From NCBI GenBank assembly GCA_022791255.1, contig JAAVYR010000004.1, positions 25,992 to 89,991 of the forward strand: DNA of 64,000 nucleotides, read 5' to 3'. This DNA is from Peptococcaceae bacterium. GTDB taxonomy: Bacteria > Bacillota > Dehalobacteriia > UBA4068 > JAAVYR01. Shown piece by piece: positions 60,647 to 64,000 of this stretch (positions within the stretch are counted from its first letter, which is position 1; every line of letters begins with the position of its first letter). The notes beneath the pieces were generated by a model, which did not search any database, was not told the origin of the DNA, and worked only from the letters and a program-made list of their open reading frames with translations. The translations under genes and the position numbers were made by a program.

Positions 60647-62278
60647 TTACGCTTGGGCTTTTTTGTATAACGCCGGCAGGAAAATCCGGAAGGCTCCCGG
60701 TAATGGTACCCGCTCCTCTAGTTCTGCCAAACTTACCCAAGTAAAGGCCTCTGCCTCTCGCTCACAGGTCATATAGTATGCCTGCATATGCCACTCGATA
60801 TGGGTGAAAATATGCTTCTTCTCTGTGGCATACCATAGATTACGAGGGAGCACCCCCCAAGCTGTCGCCTGATTTAGCGCTTGCTGTTCGCGATACACAC
60901 CTGCCTCATTTGGAAACTGCCAATAACCAGATAGAAGCCCTGGCTCCTGCCGCTGGGTAAGAGCGATTTTATCTTGACAGCAAAGCACCCACACGGTGAG
61001 CTGCACTACCTTTCGCAGCGGCTTTTCTGCCTTCACCGGCAAAGATAACGCCACTTCCTGTCCAGCCACTAGACAAAAGTCGGCCAAAGGGCAAATCTCG
61101 CATTTAGGCGTGCCGCCTGGCACACAGACGGTAGCCCCCAGCTCCATAAGGCTTTGGGTGAAATCCCCACAATGTCCTTTCGGGTAAACCGCCGCTAAAT
61201 CAGCTTGTCGCTTAGCCTTGACTACCGGCAAGTGAATAGGCGCAAAGTCCCGAGTAAGCCGGGCTGCCACTCGCAACACATTGCCGTCTACAGCAGCCTG
61301 TACCTCCTCAAAACAGATAGAAGCAATGGCTCCCGCCGTATAGTCCCCAATGCCTGGTAGCGCTCGGATAGCCTTATAATCAGAGGGAAACACACCACCA
61401 TACTCATTCATAATGACTTGGGCTGCTTTCTGCAAGTTTCGCGCCCGACTATAATAGCCCAAGCCCTCCCAAAGCTTCAGTAATTGCTGCTCCGGGACAA
61501 CAGCCAAATCCTCTATGGTGGGTAACGCTGCCATGAAACGAGTATAGTATGCTTTTACTGCCTCTACCCGGGTCTGCTGCAGCATAATCTCTGACACCCA
61601 GACATGATAGGGGTCTTTTGTCTTACGCCAAGGAAGCTCCCGCTGGTGCTGCTCATACCAGGGTAAGAGCGCCTCTGGTAATTTCCCATAGAGCCATTGC
61701 CGTTCTTTTTCTATGGCAAGGATTTTGTCATACAGCTCCTGATAAATGGGGAGCATATGGGCCTCTTTGCAATGAGTTTCCAGCTGGTCTACAGGTAACC
61801 AGGCCACTGCTTTGTTTTCATCCGGCTTCACAGTAAGTTTTTGCTTCTCTGGGGCTATCAGTCCATAAGCAATAACAAAATGGTAATGAGCAGGAATAAG
61901 CTGCCCCCTTTTTTCATGAGCAGGTACCGGTAACACATAAATGCCTAAGATATCCGGCGTATAGCACCATAAAGTCTTTATTCCTGTTTCCTCTTTGGTC
62001 TCCTCCATAGCTTTGGTAAGCAGGTCCATTGCCCCATCAGCATGTCCCCCTGTCCAAGAGAAGGCGTCATAAATCAGATGATGGACCATCAAGGTTTTCT
62101 GTAAATCAGGGGAAAGCACCAAAGCGCTCACTGTAAGGTGGATATCCTCTCGGTCTCGAGAAAAAAGAACCTCGCCGCTTTCCCCTAGCGCTGCCAACAA
62201 TTGCTTTTTTGCCTTGCGTTGGTCAGAGGATGCAGGCTGAAAGGCTTCTATTTCTTTTTGAAAATCCTGTATATTCAT
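60647..62278 (-). CDS. mutY: A/G-specific adenine DNA glycosylase MutY with N-terminal NUDIX-like domain fusion
   Basis: Residues ~200-543: HhH-GPD domain and the 4Fe-4S Cys cluster (CxxxxxxCxxC…C) of MutY, plus the C-terminal MutT-like domain. Residues 1-190: an extra NUDIX-like fold with a degenerate Nudix box (GGHADGAMDLLTKAMEETKEETGI). Start at ATG 62278, which has an AAAGGA RBS. Confidence 0.75.
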   Translation of the reverse strand: MNIQDFQKEIEAFQPASSDQRKAKKQLLAALGESGEVLFSRDREDIHLTVSALVLSPDLQKTLMVHHLIYDAFSWTGGHADGAMDLLTKAMEETKEETGIKTLWCYTPDILGIYVLPVPAHEKRGQLIPAHYHFVIAYGLIAPEKQKLTVKPDENKAVAWLPVDQLETHCKEAHMLPIYQELYDKILAIEKERQWLYGKLPEALLPWYEQHQRELPWRKTKDPYHVWVSEIMLQQTRVEAVKAYYTRFMAALPTIEDLAVVPEQQLLKLWEGLGYYSRARNLQKAAQVIMNEYGGVFPSDYKAIRALPGIGDYTAGAIASICFEEVQAAVDGNVLRVAARLTRDFAPIHLPVVKAKRQADLAAVYPKGHCGDFTQSLMELGATVCVPGGTPKCEICPLADFCLVAGQEVALSLPVKAEKPLRKVVQLTVWVLCCQDKIALTQRQEPGLLSGYWQFPNEAGVYREQQALNQATAWGVLPRNLWYATEKKHIFTHIEWHMQAYYMTCEREAEAFTWVSLAELEERVPLPGAFRIFLPALYKKAQA

Positions 62279-62416
62279 ATGAAAAAGTCCTTTCACTTTC
62301 AAAGGAAATATATAATTTATTATACCACAAATAAAAAACGGACTGCATCAACAGTCCGTTTTACTTTTCTGCTTTTTATCTATTCTGACTTTATCCATTC
62401 ACTTAGAATATTAAAG

Positions 62417-62926
62417 TTAGAATGTTAAAGAAGGTGGGTTATAGGTGCGGCCAGCAAGCTCACTGTTGAGCATATAGAGGCCTTTGGCGTCACTGCCAAA
62501 TAATTCCATTTTAGTGATTAAGTCAGAAGCGTTCTTTTCTTCTTCCCCTTGTTCTTTGACAAACCAATCCAACATCTGCATAGCCCGGAAGTCTTTTACC
62601 TTAAAAGCTGCGGCATAAATGTCGTGAATGAGAGAAGTTACATATTGTTCATGTTCCAGACCAGCCTTTAGTGGGTCCATGTTGTTTTTGAATTTCTTAT
62701 CTGGTTTGGCAATGGCTTCCAAGGTGATTTTTTCACCGTTGTTTTGCAAATATTGATAGAAGAGCATGGCATGAGCTTGTTCTTCTTGGGCTTGGATTTT
62801 ATACCAATTTTCAAAGCCATCCAAACCTACTTCACCATAATAATTAGCAAAGTCTAAGTAGAGATAAGCAGAATATAATTCTTTGTTAATTTGGTCATTG
62901 ATTAAAGCTGCTACTTTTTTATCCAT
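62417..62926 (-). CDS. ftn: ferritin (non-haem, bacterial Ftn)
   Basis: Ferritin-like diiron ligands (E…EExH…). 169 aa from Met MDKKVAAL…. Confidence 0.85.
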   Translation of the reverse strand: MDKKVAALINDQINKELYSAYLYLDFANYYGEVGLDGFENWYKIQAQEEQAHAMLFYQYLQNNGEKITLEAIAKPDKKFKNNMDPLKAGLEHEQYVTSLIHDIYAAAFKVKDFRAMQMLDWFVKEQGEEEKNASDLITKMELFGSDAKGLYMLNSELAGRTYNPPSLTF

Positions 62927-63103
62927 TGTCAATATACACTCCTTTAATTTTACAAGATATTTCGTCGTACCCTCCCGCAAGAATGACAAAAACCAAACAG
63001 GACGGATTTATCGACGAATTTTGTCTAACGATATTCTATCACAATTGGACAAGAAATCAACAGCTAATCAGGAATTATTCTCAACAAACTTTATTTTTAA
63101 ACA

Positions 63104-63343
63104 CTATTTCTTTTTCTGGTCCTTATCTTGTTGTTCTTTTTCTATGGTATATACTAAATAATCCAGACAGTCGATTTCCCCCTGGCACTGGTGCATTTTA
63201 TCCAGCAAACACCGACGATGGCGAGAAAGCATCCGCAGCTGCCTTTCCTGGCAACTGCACTCTGTAAACTCGGCTATAAAGCAATCATCACAGCCAGAGT
63301 CCTTTAAATTCTCAGCTATCTTTTCCTCTCTAGCGCTTCCCAT
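63104..63343 (-). CDS. small Cys-rich hypothetical protein
   Basis: 79 aa with CDDC…C.C…C…C.C motifs. Divergent from the LysR gene. Confidence 0.35.
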   Translation of the reverse strand: MGSAREEKIAENLKDSGCDDCFIAEFTECSCQERQLRMLSRHRRCLLDKMHQCQGEIDCLDYLVYTIEKEQQDKDQKKK

Positions 63344-63518
63344 ATCTGTTTCTGCTTCCTCCTTTTTCTATGGGGCAGTCTATCTTGTTTTCATTATAGC
63401 GTTACTCACTCTATTTATCTAATACTTATAGTAAATATTCATCTATGCTTGACGGCTATAGAAAACTCATGTTAAGCTAAAACCAGCTAATCCACTGTAA
63501 GAGGAGGTTATTCTGCTG

Positions 63519-64000
63519 ATGATAGAAGTAAGAGTACTAAGATATTTTCTAGCCGTTGCTAGAGAACAGTCTATTTCTGGAGCAGCAGAACTGCTGCACC
63601 TATCCCAGCCGACCCTTTCCCGCCAGCTTATGGATATGGAGGAAACATTAGGCAAAAAACTCTTCATCCGCGGCAATCGCCGTATTACCTTAACAGAAGA
63701 AGGCATGTTTCTTCGCAAACGAGCAGAGGAAATCGTTGACTTGGTAGACCGGACAGAAGCAGAAATCATCTCCTCTGATGAAATTATTAGCGGTGATGTC
63801 TATATCGGTGCAGGAGAAACAGATGGTTTCCGCACCCTCATGTCAGTCGCAAAGAGTATTAAAGCCGATTACCCGGATATTCGTTACCATATCTCCAGTG
63901 GCAATGCAGAGGATGTCCTGGAAAAGCTAGAAAAGGGGTTATTAGACTTCGGCCTGCTCATTGACCCGGTAGGTATCGAGAAATATGAAAGCCTGGTTTT
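63519..64000 (+). CDS. LysR family transcriptional regulator (5' portion; runs off window end)
   Basis: MIEVRVLRYFLAVAREQSISGAAELLHLSQPTLSRQL is a LysR HTH. The frame stays open to the window end. Not in the ORF track because it is truncated. Confidence 0.85.
   Translation, partial: MIEVRVLRYFLAVAREQSISGAAELLHLSQPTLSRQLMDMEETLGKKLFIRGNRRITLTEEGMFLRKRAEEIVDLVDRTEAEIISSDEIISGDVYIGAGETDGFRTLMSVAKSIKADYPDIRYHISSGNAEDVLEKLEKGLLDFGLLIDPVGIEKYESLV

Overview
This 64-kb window looks like chromosome from an endospore-forming Firmicute. The basis is the B. subtilis-like synteny spoIIE–tilS–ftsH at the 5' end, a cotJA–cotJB–cotJC coat operon, a GerM-like lipoprotein, a spore-type GH18 hydrolase and ftsEX. 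The GC content and gene content suggest a Clostridia or Negativicutes-type spore former, but I cannot place it further by eye. Most of the window is ordinary housekeeping and transport: ychF, proBA, thioredoxin, Bcp, ferritin, ggt, a TAXI-TRAP transporter, two MATE pumps, an ABC-F protein, a GntR–ABC-2 operon, ftsEX–M23–CtpA, comFC and a NUDIX-MutY fusion. One tRNA-Thr(GGU) is present. The standout feature is that cotJC is split in-frame after codon 63 by a ~4.75-kb insertion (about 15168..19915). The insertion carries a large serine recombinase, a small overlapping ORF and a two-gene operon of BclA-like collagen-like proteins with (GPT/GAT)n repeats, Cys-rich N-termini and C1q-like C-terminal domains. 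Joining the flanks at a shared GGTAC core restores a ~191-aa CotJC manganese-catalase reading frame. This is the architecture of a skin-like, sporulation-excised intervening element, here with an unusual spore-surface cargo. Secondary observations: a cluster of three perfect DnaA boxes upstream of ftsEX, a dispersed short repeat family (GTCATCCTGAG…CGAAGGATC) at four intergenic loci, a leader terminator upstream of a MATE pump, a perfect 13-bp inverted-repeat operator at the GntR promoter, and several uncharacterised gene pairs.
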